A stretch of DNA of 64,000 nt from Selaginella moellendorffii (taxonomy: Eukaryota; Plantae; Lycopodiophyta), in NCBI RefSeq assembly GCF_000143415.4, contig NW_003314350.1, positions 248,001 through 312,000 of the forward strand, in the 5' to 3' direction. The number at the start of each line of letters is the position of its first letter. Within the stretch, counting starts at the first letter, position 1. The notes beneath the pieces were generated by a model. The model had not been told where the DNA came from. It saw nothing but the letters and a program-made list of their open reading frames with translations, and ran no database searches. Positions 1 to 11,508 of the stretch are shown here, piece by piece. The translations under genes and the position numbers were made by a program.

Positions 1-1059
1 ACATACCTGTAGCAGATTGCGGTGCTTCACATCAAATTCCCAATCTTAGTGTACGCACATCCAGGATCGAGGTGGTGAACGCTAGAATGCCTGAATGCCA
101 ATCAAGCTCGGCCTGTTCCTCCTCAGAGGAGGTGACATTGTTAGTAGGTTGATCAATGCCATCATGTGGAAACTCCAGGTCCAGAAAAACGGCCTCCTCA
201 TCCTGTGCCTCCTCATCCTCCTCCAACTCTAAGCCCATTTCTAACTGGAACTCCCCTCACTCTGGTTCCTGCTCATCGTGCTTACACTCTGCCTTGTACA
301 GCATGAAAAGGGCAAATGAACACAAGAGCCTAGAGAAAATGCTTGCCGGCCCTTGTCTTGGAAAACCAATGTGGCGTACACCTCCAACCACATGCACGGC
401 GCTCTCCCTTCCTGGAAACCTCTTTCGATTATACCTGGAATGTCGAGAAACTTAGACACAAGACGAGGCCAAGAATCCTTACCGATTCTTGGAGGCGTGG
501 CATCTGGGATCTGTTCGATCAGCCTGTACCTCTTCTTAAATTGCTCTTTAGTAATCTTGCTAGGTGACACTTGGAATAGTGGTGTTTCTTGCTGTAGCGC
601 TGCGAGTTGTGCTGTGGGAGCAACTCCTTGAGCAGAGCCCTAATGCGTTCCAAAAACGAACCAAAACCTGCATCCCTCTGTTTCTTATGAGCTGCCCCCC
701 TCCACCTCTTCTGACTTTGGTGCCTCTCTTTTGGTGATGACGGCATTGCCGTATATGATCGAGGTCACGGACTTGCCCCGAGGATGGGTGATTCCACCTC
801 GATTTTCGATCTGACATTGCTTGCCACAATCTACATGGAATCAAGGAGTTTGAAACAATGCTTTAGCAAACTCTTAAGCTTTTGAAGTTTAGACAAAGGC
901 CATCGAGCTCAAAGAACCTAGACATTAAAGGTTCTTGGAAGGATAGTGAGAACTTGGATCACTGTCACAACCTTGCAATCCTTTGAGACAGCCCAGATGT
1001 TCGGAATGTTGAAAGCCTAAGAAACATATGGTAAATGGGCCCCATGCATATACTAATAT

Positions 1060-1240
1060 TCCGCTGCTGTTGCAGAAGAATGATCTGAACAATCCAAAGA
1101 GTAGCAGTAGCAACACTGCAGCCTGATGCATCTCCTTAGTGCACTCACTGGGAAAGTCACCAAATTGGAGAAGCTGAACAAGCTGCTGCTTACCGTTAAA
1201 TCAAAGGGCAATTGCTACACCAAGCATATATATTAAAAAA
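1060..1240 (-). pseudogene. 5' stump (signal peptide, 5' UTR, TATA-like tract) of a methylesterase gene; also at ~9330-9500, ~17600-17770 and ~25740-25925
   Basis: [21 protein letters not shown] matches the N-terminus [21 protein letters not shown] of the methylesterase at 57220. The hydrolase body is absent. Confidence 0.75.
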
Positions 1241-1945
1241 GAGATGCTGGAGCTGTCAACGTGGAAAGCAAGGGAGCAAACTGTAAGGCTTTTTCTATTA
1301 TGACTTTCCAATTTATGATAAAATGTGGCAAGTCCAATTTATTAGAAAGAGTGTCAACCGTTTGTTCCTAGCTTAGTAAACCCCTAACCATGCGCTTGCC
1401 ATGTTTGGGGACAACATTACTGTTGCAATGACTCTTAACCAAGCTTGTGCTGTTAAGCTTCAAGAGACCCTCGTGGTAGTAAGAAGCTGCCAAGTCACAC
1501 CAAGTCACAGTTACCCAATGTGCAGGTCAACGGCCTCCTTGATGGGCGGCCTGGCCTGAATCGACGAGCAGTGCACTCCATGGATCTAGCCGCCAGTGGT
1601 GTCATCCATCCGGCATGGCCGCTCCAAGAGCTTTATACAGAAGTTGATCTATAATAATCATGACTTTAATTTGACAACTAAACTTGACCATATACCTTTT
1701 AAAAATTCTAGATTATTCATTACAATCCATACGTTATTCATTTAAATCTCTTATAAAAATGAATAAACCAAAAAACCATATTGTATTTAATAGTTTACTT
1801 TGAAATTATGCTAGATTAAACTGTATACTAGTTTAAGAGAAACAAACTGGACTACAATTTGGTAAATCACGAGTATACTAATTTAAATATAGACTATCTC
1901 TGGTTTCTAGGAAATCTGTAATTAAGGAACCAGAATCCTGTTCTA

Positions 1946-2134
1946 AACGTGAAACGTTCAAGTTGGTAGGACCGATAAATTGCATGGACCAGATAACTGT
2001 ATGGAAAACGTGCACCGTATAAAACGACAAGATTTCTCTCCAAGTATGTGGCTATGTGTGTAACGTACAGAATACGGATCACACGGAAATAAAAAACGTG
2101 AAATGTGATCTCTAATAGCTCTGATAGTATAAAA
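1946..2134 (+). promoter_or_regulatory. Oxygenase core promoter: TATA box and clustered AACGTG (T/G-box) motifs, repeated in each unit
   Basis: TATAAAA at 2128-2134, ~100 bp before the ATG; AACGTG at 1946, 2007 and 2095. Confidence 0.55.
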
Positions 2135-2233
2135 GACCCTTCTCCAGCCTCTGTTTCCTCAACCCACAGAGGAGTAGAAAACATTCTCCAATCAAGTTGA
2201 TCAGATCGATCAAACAGTTTTCACCATTTCGAC

Positions 2234-3277
2234 ATGGCTGCAATCGTGTTGATGATTGCGTTTCTCGTGATGGCTGCAGCATGGAAGATGGTGTGTATCC
2301 GCAAGAGAGAAGAGAGGGCACGATTTCTAGCGTCGCTCCACCCCGTGAGAGACGCACACAAGATCTTGTGGTACATGTACTCGGTGGAATTCCCCTTCCT
2401 CTCGCAAAAGGCGCTCGAGTTTGGCACAATCCGCACGCTCGGCATCCCGGGGATCACAAATCTGCTCTTCAAGACCAAGTACGGCCTCAAGGATCCGCAG
2501 AAGCGCGCCGCCGAGACCAACATTCTGGTGAGCGAGATGATCCACCACCACGTCGACAGCGATCGCGGCTCATACGCGGTGAGGAGATTGAATGGAATCC
2601 ACAACAAATTCAAGATCCCAAACGACCAATTCGCCTACGTCCTCTGCCTCAACGTGGTCAGCCCCATTGATTTCTCCGAGAGATTTGGATTCCGCAAGTG
2701 GACCGACAACGAGAAGGAGGCCGCGTATGTTGTGTGGCACGACGTGGGCGTGAGGATGGGCATCACAACCATCCCAGATAGCATTCCAGAGATGCGGGAG
2801 TACATTCGCGATTACGAGGCCAAGAACGCCATCTTCACGGACAAGAACAAGAGCATCGTCCAGGATCTCAAGCATCTGGTGCTGGATGCATTTCCTCGCC
2901 CCGTGCAGCCGCTGGTCGAGACTGGGATCTGTGCACTCATCGATCCCACAATCAGGAGCGCTGTTGGATTGGAAAAGCCTCCAGCAATTGTGGAGTGGAT
3001 CATCTTGGGTGCGTTCAAGCTGCTGGCCGGGAGCTTCGTGTCCGCGTTCTTGCCTCCCAGACGTGTGGAGGATGCAAAGGGCAGCATTGAGGTGGACTGG
3101 TGTCCTAATCCCGCTGCCAATCCGGAAGAGTACCGGCAGCTCAACGTGAATGTGTATCGGCCACCAGCATTCGAGAAGGGATACAAGCTGGCGGAGCTGG
3201 GAGCGCTGAAATCAGGCAAGCTTGGACCATACTACGATGGAGGCTTGCGCTGCCCCTTCCGGCAAATGCACGCATAG
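2234..3277 (+). CDS. MpaB'/rubber-oxygenase (Lcp)-like DUF2236 heme oxygenase with N-terminal membrane anchor, copy 1
   Basis: Intronless 347-aa ORF with a hydrophobic N-terminus. Motifs RTLGIPGITNLL, KRAAET, RRLNGIH, IPNDQFAYVL and W..VG.RMGI..IP match the MpaB/DUF2236 family. TATA box upstream. Confidence 0.88.
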   Translation: MAAIVLMIAFLVMAAAWKMVCIRKREERARFLASLHPVRDAHKILWYMYSVEFPFLSQKALEFGTIRTLGIPGITNLLFKTKYGLKDPQKRAAETNILVSEMIHHHVDSDRGSYAVRRLNGIHNKFKIPNDQFAYVLCLNVVSPIDFSERFGFRKWTDNEKEAAYVVWHDVGVRMGITTIPDSIPEMREYIRDYEAKNAIFTDKNKSIVQDLKHLVLDAFPRPVQPLVETGICALIDPTIRSAVGLEKPPAIVEWIILGAFKLLAGSFVSAFLPPRRVEDAKGSIEVDWCPNPAANPEEYRQLNVNVYRPPAFEKGYKLAELGALKSGKLGPYYDGGLRCPFRQMHA

Positions 3278-3518
3278 CAATAGAACGGGCATAGGACATT
3301 CGTTCGGAGAACCAAGCATCATTTAAAAATGATGAATCTTTTTGTAATTTTTGCAGATAGCACAAAACCATTATTAATAGTACGGGATCCAAACAATTTA
3401 GAAACACAGAGACAAAAATATTGCAGGTTGTAGTTAGAAGTCTAAGTTGACACGCTCGCTTACACCTAAGAGAACGAAAAGCTTGTCAAGCGGAAGGAAT
3501 AAAGATCAAAAGCTTACC

Positions 3519-5763
3519 TCCACGAGAAAACCTCACGTTAATCCATGGGGCTAGCATGCCCACCATCAGGTGCGAACTACCAAACTTTCCTTCGAGTCCA
3601 GCGCCGCACTCACTGGCCAATCAGGGTACCCGAGTACAACTTGAGCTCTCCCACTGAGATGGCTGCAAAGCCGCTTTCAAAGCTCGGCATCCCCCATGCC
3701 TGTTCAAGGCAACAGACTTTAAACACACGACAAAAACTCACCTTGGAGCAACCGGCCAACAGGGTGCGACCCATCCGGAATCGTAATGTCCTCCGATAAC
3801 AAGGATGCTCTCCAGGCTGCAAACTTATCCCGAACCTCCTGCGTGGTGAAGGCGCGTGTGAACTCTTCCGAGATCGGCTCTGTGGGTGAGTCAGGGAACT
3901 AATGCAGAGAAGCTTCAACCAGCTGGTTTCCCTTGACCTGCACATATCCATCGATCTCAGAAATGGCATATCGCCATTCCCTCATGTCCATGGCATACAC
4001 AAAACAAACAGAAATTGATTTCAAAACACGAAACTAGAAACTGGTACATACATGAAGATATGTTGGAGGTCTTGCTTGCTTCCCTAAGCTGGCAGTGATC
4101 CACGTACATGAAAACCTGTACCAGATCTTAGCGCAGATTTCAGATACTAACCAGCTTTACATACCTGTAGCAGATCGCGGTGCTTCACATCAATTCCCAA
4201 TTTTAATGTACGCACATCCAGGATCGAGGTGGTGAACGCTAGAATGCCTGAATGCCAATCAAGCTCGGCCTGTTCCTCCTCAGAGGAGGTGACATCGTTA
4301 GTAGGTTGATCAATGCCATCATGTGGAAACTCCAGGTCCAGAAAAACGGCCTCCTCATCCTGTGCCTCCTCATCCTCCTCCAACTCTAAGCCCATTTCTA
4401 ACTGGAACTCCCCTCACTCTGGTTCCTGCTCATCGTGCTTACACTCTGCCTTGTACAGCATGAAAAGGGCAAATGAACACAAGAGCCTAGAGAAAATGCT
4501 TGCCGGCCCTTGTCTTGGAAAACCAATGTGGCGTACACATCTTTAACCTCCAACTACACGCACGGCGCTCTCCCTCCTGGAAACATCTTTCGATTATACC
4601 TGGAATGTCGAGAAACTTAGACACAAGACAAGGTCGAGAATCCTTACCGATCATAGGGAGGCGTGGCATCTGGTATCTGTTCGATCAGCCCGTACCTCTT
4701 CTTAAATTGCTCTTCAGTAATCTTGCTAGGTGACAGTTGGAATAGTGGTGCTTCTTGCTGTAGCGCTGCGAGTTGTGCTGTGGGAGCAACTCCTTGAGCA
4801 GAGCCCTAATGTGTTCCAAAGACGAACCAAAACCTGCATCCCTCTGTTTCTTATGAGCTGCCCCCCTCCACCTCTTCTGACTTTGGTGCCTCTCTTTTGG
4901 TGATGACGGCATTGCCGTATATGATCGCGGTCACGGACTTGCCCCGAGGATGGGTGATTCCACCTCGATTTTCGATCTGACATTGCTTGCCACAATCTAC
5001 ATGGAATCAAGGAGTTTGAAACAATGCTTCAGCAAACTCTTAAGCTTTTGAAGTTTAGACAAAGTCCATCGAGCTCAAAGAACCTAGACATGAAAGGTTC
5101 TTGGAAGGATAGTGAGAACTTGGATCGCTGTCACAATCTTGCAATCCTTTGAGACTGCCCAGATGTTCGTTTGGGCAGCTCACAGTGTGGAATAAGTCAA
5201 ATATTTGTCACCCAGCTCGTCAGCCAGAGCAACTACCAAACAAGATGGTATTTGAGTGGTCCCAAGGAGACTTGGAACAAGATCTTTCCTAGGAAGTGGT
5301 AGACATCCCTAGATTGCAGGACCTGTGCTGCTACTTTATGCAAGCTTGTACCCTAGAAAGGTGTAATGAACAAACTTAGTATATCTAATATGTGCAATGC
5401 TTCCTTGATATCTTGCTAACACAGTTCGGTTGCTCTTTGCTTGTGAATGGCAGCTTCACAATGCAAAACAAGCACATGCACATGGCCCAGCCTCACAACA
5501 CACTGCAGATGCTAATGTGGAATCTCACTCACAGGAATGTAGAATCCCCAAGGGTGGGGTGGGGTGAGGCTCAGCCTAACCATCACTCCCCATTGCTTCC
5601 CACTTTTATTCTTTAACTTTGAGATTCTCGGGATCTCAAGAAATGATCTTGTCCTCATCCTCAAACACCATAAGTAGTTTGCAATGGTGGCAGCCTCCTT
5701 GCTTGGGCAAAAGTGGCATGAGTTACAAGGAAACATACACTTTTACAGTTTTCTTCTTGGTAA
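3519..5763 (-). pseudogene. Degenerate coding-like sequence of unknown family (repeated in each unit)
   Basis: Coding-like fragments (MREWRYAISEIDGYVQVKGN..., acidic EEDEEAQDEE tract, SPSKITKEQFKKRY...) and a splice donor near 3518. Stops and frameshifts differ between units. Confidence 0.35.
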
Positions 5764-5899
5764 CCTTAGCTTTAAAAGGGGACTCTATTTGAGATCTGTG
5801 ACTCACAAAATAATCTTTATAGATACAAATTTTCAAACATACATCTTGCAATATAATTGAATTAGTACTTGCCCAGCAAATGTTGGGTGAATATAAAAA

Positions 5900-6750
5900 T
5901 AAATTTTATGAGCAAATGTGATAATCAGGCGTTGACTGTCCAAGTCTTGAAGAATGTTGTAAGGCTGTGTTTCTAAATTCAGCACGTGTTTCCACTTTTT
6001 GTGTAACAGCTTAGCCAGAGTAGTTATTTTGGGATCAGGGATTGGTTTATCTTGGTTAATTGTAGCTGAAGGATCTAATCTTGGCTGCTTGCTCTCTCTT
6101 TTCTCCTTGCGGTTCTTTATACTGATGCTACTGTGCCCGTGTCATAACTCTAGATTCTAGTGCAGCTTGTTGGATGAAAATTGCATTGCTTTCTACTTGG
6201 CTTAAGCTTGTGCAAGCAATTGTCCTGCTTGTGGAAGCCTTATGTCTGACAGATGCCACATATAGGCTGGTATTTAATCTGTTTCCTTGGATGCTGGCTC
6301 ATAGCTCATTGTCTGAACTGGAGGAGAAAATGAGTGTTGAAAGAAAACTGGTGCTCAAGCCGAAGATGGTGGTGATGATGGCAAGGTTTTGATGTAACTT
6401 GCATGGATTGCCAGATTTCCTGGCTTGCAAAAATAATCTTCCTAGTGATGATTAATTTGCCGAGAATACTAGCACTTGTCTCAATTCATCACTGGTTGTG
6501 GACACTTATTTGGGTAGTGTCTGTAATTGTTGCATCACATACACTAAATGTTTTTTCGCTACTGTATGGCCTACTTTGTGCCCCTCGAACCCAATTCAAT
6601 TGCAAGTCACTATAGTTGTTGCTAGATTTAGACCTACACTCATTAAAGCTTGCCATTGTTGTTGTTGCTAGCAGCTATAGTCCATCATCCCAAGGCCTAT
6701 TCCAAATATTGTTCCAAATACTATCAATGAGACAAGGAAAGAGAACACAT
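5900..6750 (-). mobile_element. Decayed LTR-retrotransposon gag remnant (unit 1; also ~14160-15000)
   Basis: Minus-strand C-M-*-C-NNYR-H-YPNK-C (CX2CX4HX4C zinc knuckle) at ~6500-6545. Confidence 0.65.
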
Positions 6751-6932
6751 AGAGAGAAAGGAAGGAGTTGTACTAGCTGGTCTTTGCTAAACATTTGCTA
6801 CCTTATGGCTGGAATATCTCTATGTGCCATTATTAGTTCCTATTGACCAACTCCAAAGCTTTCTACTAGCTACACATACATATTTTATATTATAACACAA
6901 TACATTTGCATTTTTATTTATTTTTGTCTTTT

Positions 6933-7227
6933 TTGGTTTGCTTAAGCAAATTTGTAGAGGAACTGTACCTAGAATATGCTTGAATATTCTACCAGTTATT
7001 ATTCATTTAGATTAATCTTGTATTTATTATTTATAAACATGTTTATAATTTATAAACTTGCTTAAACACTTTCTAGTATATTCTTTTTTATTCTACCATC
7101 TAATAGTTGATATGAAATAAGATTAATCTTGTGTTTATAAATTATAAACTTTTATTTGATCAATTGAATTAATAGGTAACACTACTATTAAGAAAACCAA
7201 GCATTGCTACATGAAACGCATAGAAAG
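6933..7227 (+). mobile_element. Helentron/HINE-like (or MITE-like) non-autonomous element, unit 1 copy
   Basis: TTGGTTTGCTTAA ... TTAAGAAAACCAA subterminal IRs, degenerate 3' stem-loop and T-rich flanks; homologous to 40899-41218. Confidence 0.65.
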
Positions 7228-7259
7228 TTTTTTTTTCTAATAACTGATATTCATGTATT

Positions 7260-8600
7260 TACCTCGATTTGAAGGCCATAACTTTAGAGATCCCATTTAC
7301 AGTGGGTGACAAAAGAAAGATGCCTTCTGGATAAGGATTGTCTTTATAGAGTTTGATGGCCATAGATAAATCAGTTGAAGTAAACATTTGAAGAAAGGTG
7401 ATGGCCATCAAGCCATATACACGGTCAATGAGAGCATCATCCATTGTTACGTGCTGTGCTGTCGCTATAAGTGGATATTAACCGGGCATATACACATATA
7501 ACTATGAAAAAGGATGGTCATTGTTGCACTTGATGCAGTGTCCAATCTGCAAGTTAATCCTAGATAGCCAAAATTTGTGGCAAACACACCAGCCAAAGGA
7601 CACAGAGATAGGCAAAAGGAATTAAGCATCCCTTTATCTTAAATGAATAAATATAAGCCATTGAACAAATAAATATGACATACATACCCCATCAAAGTCT
7701 CTTCGATACATAGAAGTTATGGATTTCAAGTGGTCATGAATTGCATTCCATGGTGCTAGTCCAGGCACATTGTAAACTATAGTTGGAGGTCCAATCTTGG
7801 AAACATTATGATCACTTGTTCCTTCAATGTTGTGAAATATTTTGAGTGGCATTTGACGTCCAAACCATTCTGATTTGACTTTATGATACACGAAAGACAT
7901 ACATGCTGCAACTTGAACCGGAGTATGGTAGTTATTATTAACAGCTGTATTGAAAGCTCAAGCATACCTTGTAAATATACTCAAAGTCGTTAGCATGTTT
8001 GTGCTCTACTCATTTAGGTCAACTGAGGAAGTATGCTGCAGCAGTGCAAAATGCTGATCATGTGGCTTCTAGCATGAAATCATGCAAAAGAACCAAGTTG
8101 GATATAGGAATTATATCAAGCATAGGTGGCCTCAGTGGTGGGAACTCACAGACCAGGGAGGAAACAATAATATCAATAAAGGAATAGACCACCAAACATA
8201 TCAGCAACATGTTGAGAAAGAAAATCTGTAGTAATATGAACAATATCATTGAAGTCGACATTGGGGAAGGTGGTAGAGCTAGTTCTCCGCAAGCTGTTGT
8301 AGAAGCCATCATAAGTTCCATAGCGAGATAGGGTGTATAGTAGCAATGGCTGAGCTCCAGATAGCAGTTGCAAGTCAGCAATTTGATCCACTAAGGAGTG
8401 GCCACTGGCTTTGAAAATGCTACTTGTAATAGAACACCACAGATTATCTTGTGATATGTCACTAATGTGACACTTTGCTGTGTCAAAAAATAGTAAGAAA
8501 ATATCACCCAAAAATTGTTTTTTTGCATAATGGTAGCATTGAATCAAAAGTTGAAGTGAAGTAATCCACATGTAGTTTCGTTGTTATAAGAATGTTGTAA
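7260..8600 (-). pseudogene. Degenerate coding-like sequence of unknown family (repeated in full units)
   Basis: Consecutive minus-strand ORF fragments of 61-132 aa, separated by frameshifts or intron-like stretches; no recognisable motif. Confidence 0.25.
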
Positions 8601-10464
8601 GAAACCATGTTAAGAGAAAATCATGTACCTGTTAAAATAGATGCCATCACAGTGATAGGTGTTGCATGGTTGGCATGAAGTGGAACAATGTTAATATTAG
8701 CCAACCCTCCTGCAAGAGTGTTAGATCATGCTATATCAGTTAAAAAGAGACAAACAAAACTTAATAAACATACCACTAATGTCAAGTATGCTATTAGAAG
8801 TTTTGCCAACTAAAATGCAAACTAAAATATCATTTGAAAGCAAAAGTGCAACATACCACTATTGTCAGGAGCACCACTTGAATTTATGTTAGATTTGATT
8901 AATCAAAAAAGTAAAAAATGTCAGTAATGCATACTAGGAATGTTGTGGTGCTTGGTGACAATAGGTTTTGTTACAACACAGTTCACAGCTGCGTCATTAT
9001 TATTCCCAAGCTCAGTGGTTGCTATAGCATTCTTACAATGTTAAAGGAAAGTTTTGGTTATAATGGAAATTATACCTGTGTGTAAGTTCAAGAACTTGTT
9101 ACATATGTCGTCAAGAGTTTGATCTCATGAATGAGACTTGCTATTGTGAACCTCATGAACCTGTGATGTGCTAGAAATGTAGTCAATTACATCGTCACTT
9201 GAAAACAACACTATACTTTCCATTCTTGGTGACAGACAAAAACAAAGAAGAACTTTTGGAATGTTGAAAGCCTAAGAAACATATGGTAAATGAGCCCAAT
9301 GCATGTACTAATATTGACACGTTGCATGGAGGCAACCGCTGCTGTTGCAGAAGAATGATCCAAAGAATCCAAAGAGTAGCAGCCTGATGCATCTCCTTAG
9401 TGCACTCACCGAGATTCTCACCAAATTGGAGAAGCTGAACAAGCTGCTACTTACCATTGAATCAAAGGGCAATTGCTACACCAAACATATATATTAAAAA
9501 AGAGATGTTGGAGCTGTCAACGTGGAAAGCAAGGGAGCAAACTGTAAGGCGTTTTCTATTATGACTTTCCGATTTATGATAAAATATGGCAATTCCAATT
9601 TATTAGAAAGAGTGTCAACCGTTTGTTCCTAGCTTAGGAAACCCCTAACCATGCGCTTGCCATGTTTGGGGACAACATTACTGTTGCAATTACTCTTAAC
9701 CAAGCTTGTGCTGTTAAGCTTCAAGAGACCCTCGTGGTAGTACAGTTACCCAGGTCAACAGCCTCCTTGATGGGCGGCCAGGCCTGAATCCTACAGTGAG
9801 AGCAAAGTCAGGATGATGGCAGGAAAGAAGAACACGAGTTGCTCCATGAAGAATTCCAACCTCAACACCAAATGCATAGAAGTTGATCTATAATAACCAT
9901 GACTTTAAATTGAAAAATAAATAATATAAAAGAAAATAAACTTGACCATATACCTTTTAGAAAATTCTAGATTATTCATTACAATAAAAACACATTATAT
10001 ATTTAAATCTCTTATAAATATGAATAAACCGAAAAACGATATTGTATTATTGAAATTATGTTAGATTAAACTGTATACTAGTTTAAGAGAAACAACAAAA
10101 AAACTTTGGTAAATAACGAATATACTAATTTAAATATAGTTTATCTCTGTAATTAAGGAACCAGAATCCTGTTCTAAACGTGAAACGTTCAAGTTGGTAG
10201 GACCGATAAATTGCATGGACCAGATAACTGTATGGAAAACGTGCACCGTATAAAACAACAAGATTCCTCTCCAAGTATGTGGCTATGTGTGTAACGTACA
10301 GAATACGGATCACACGGAAATAAAAAACGTGAAATGTGATCTCTAATAGCTCTGATAGTATAAAAGACCCTTCTCCAGCCTCTGTTTCCTCAACCCACAG
10401 AGGAGTAGAAAACATTCTCCAATCAAGTTGATCAGATCGATCAAACAGTTTTCACCATTTCGAA

Positions 10465-11508
10465 ATGGCTGCAATCGTGTTGATGATTGCGTTTCTCGTG
10501 ATGGCTGCAGCATGGAAGATGGTGTGTATCCGCAAGAGAGAAGAGAGGGCACGATTTCTAGCGTCGCTCCACCCCGTGAGAGACGCACACAAGATCTTGT
10601 GGTACATGTACTCGGTGGAATTCCCCTTCCTCTCGCAAAAGGCGCTCGAGTTTGGCACAATCCGCACGCTCGGCATCCCGGGGATCACAAATCTGCTCTT
10701 CAAGACCAAGTACGGCCTCAAGGATCCGCAGAAGCGCGCCGCCGAGACCAACATTCTGGTGAGCGAGATGATCCACCACCACGTCGACAGCGATCGCGGC
10801 TCATACGCGGTGAGGAGATTGAATGGAATCCACAACAAATTCAAGATCCCAAACGACCAATTCGCCTACGTCCTCTGCCTCAACGTGGTCAGCCCCATTG
10901 ATTTCTCCGAGAGATTTGGATTCCGCAAGTGGACCGACAACGAGAAGGAGGCCGCGTATGTTGTGTGGCACGACGTGGGCGTGAGGATGGGCATCACAAC
11001 CATCCCAGATAGCATTCCAGAGATGCGGGAGTACATTCGCGATTACGAGGCCAAGAACGCCATCTTCACGGACAAGAACAAGAGCATCGTCCAGGATCTC
11101 AAGCATCTGGTGCTGGATGCATTTCCTCGCCCCGTGCAGCCGCTGGTCGAGACTGGGATCTGTGCACTCATCGATCCCACAATCAGGAGCGCTGTTGGAT
11201 TGGAAAAGCCTCCAGCAATTGTGGAGTGGATCATCTTGGGTGCGTTCAAGCTGCTGGCCGGGAGCTCCGTCTCCGCGTTCTTGCCTCCCAGACGTGTGGA
11301 GGACGCAAAGGGCAGCATTGAGGTGGACTGGTGTCCTAATCCCGCTGCCAATCCGGAAGAGTACCGGCAGCTCAACGTGAATGTGTATCGGCCACCAGCA
11401 TTCGAGAAGGGATACAAGCTGGCGGAGCTGGGAGCGCTGAAATCAGGCAAGCTTGGACCATACTACTATGGAGGCTTGCGCTGCCCCTTCCGGCAAATGC
11501 ACGCATAG
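10465..11508 (+). CDS. MpaB'/Lcp-like DUF2236 oxygenase, copy 2
   Basis: Same ORF as copy 1 except F268S and D335Y. Confidence 0.88.
   Translation: MAAIVLMIAFLVMAAAWKMVCIRKREERARFLASLHPVRDAHKILWYMYSVEFPFLSQKALEFGTIRTLGIPGITNLLFKTKYGLKDPQKRAAETNILVSEMIHHHVDSDRGSYAVRRLNGIHNKFKIPNDQFAYVLCLNVVSPIDFSERFGFRKWTDNEKEAAYVVWHDVGVRMGITTIPDSIPEMREYIRDYEAKNAIFTDKNKSIVQDLKHLVLDAFPRPVQPLVETGICALIDPTIRSAVGLEKPPAIVEWIILGAFKLLAGSSVSAFLPPRRVEDAKGSIEVDWCPNPAANPEEYRQLNVNVYRPPAFEKGYKLAELGALKSGKLGPYYYGGLRCPFRQMHA

Noticed and set aside
2197-3219. Overlapping alternative-frame and antisense ORFs on the oxygenase, MMP and CR genes (e.g. 60404-61348)
   Set aside because: Shadow ORFs of GC-rich coding sequence with no motifs
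2234-3277. Oxygenase or CR gene as microbial contamination
   Set aside because: Contiguous with plant transposons and intron-containing plant genes; the oxygenase is duplicated together with them
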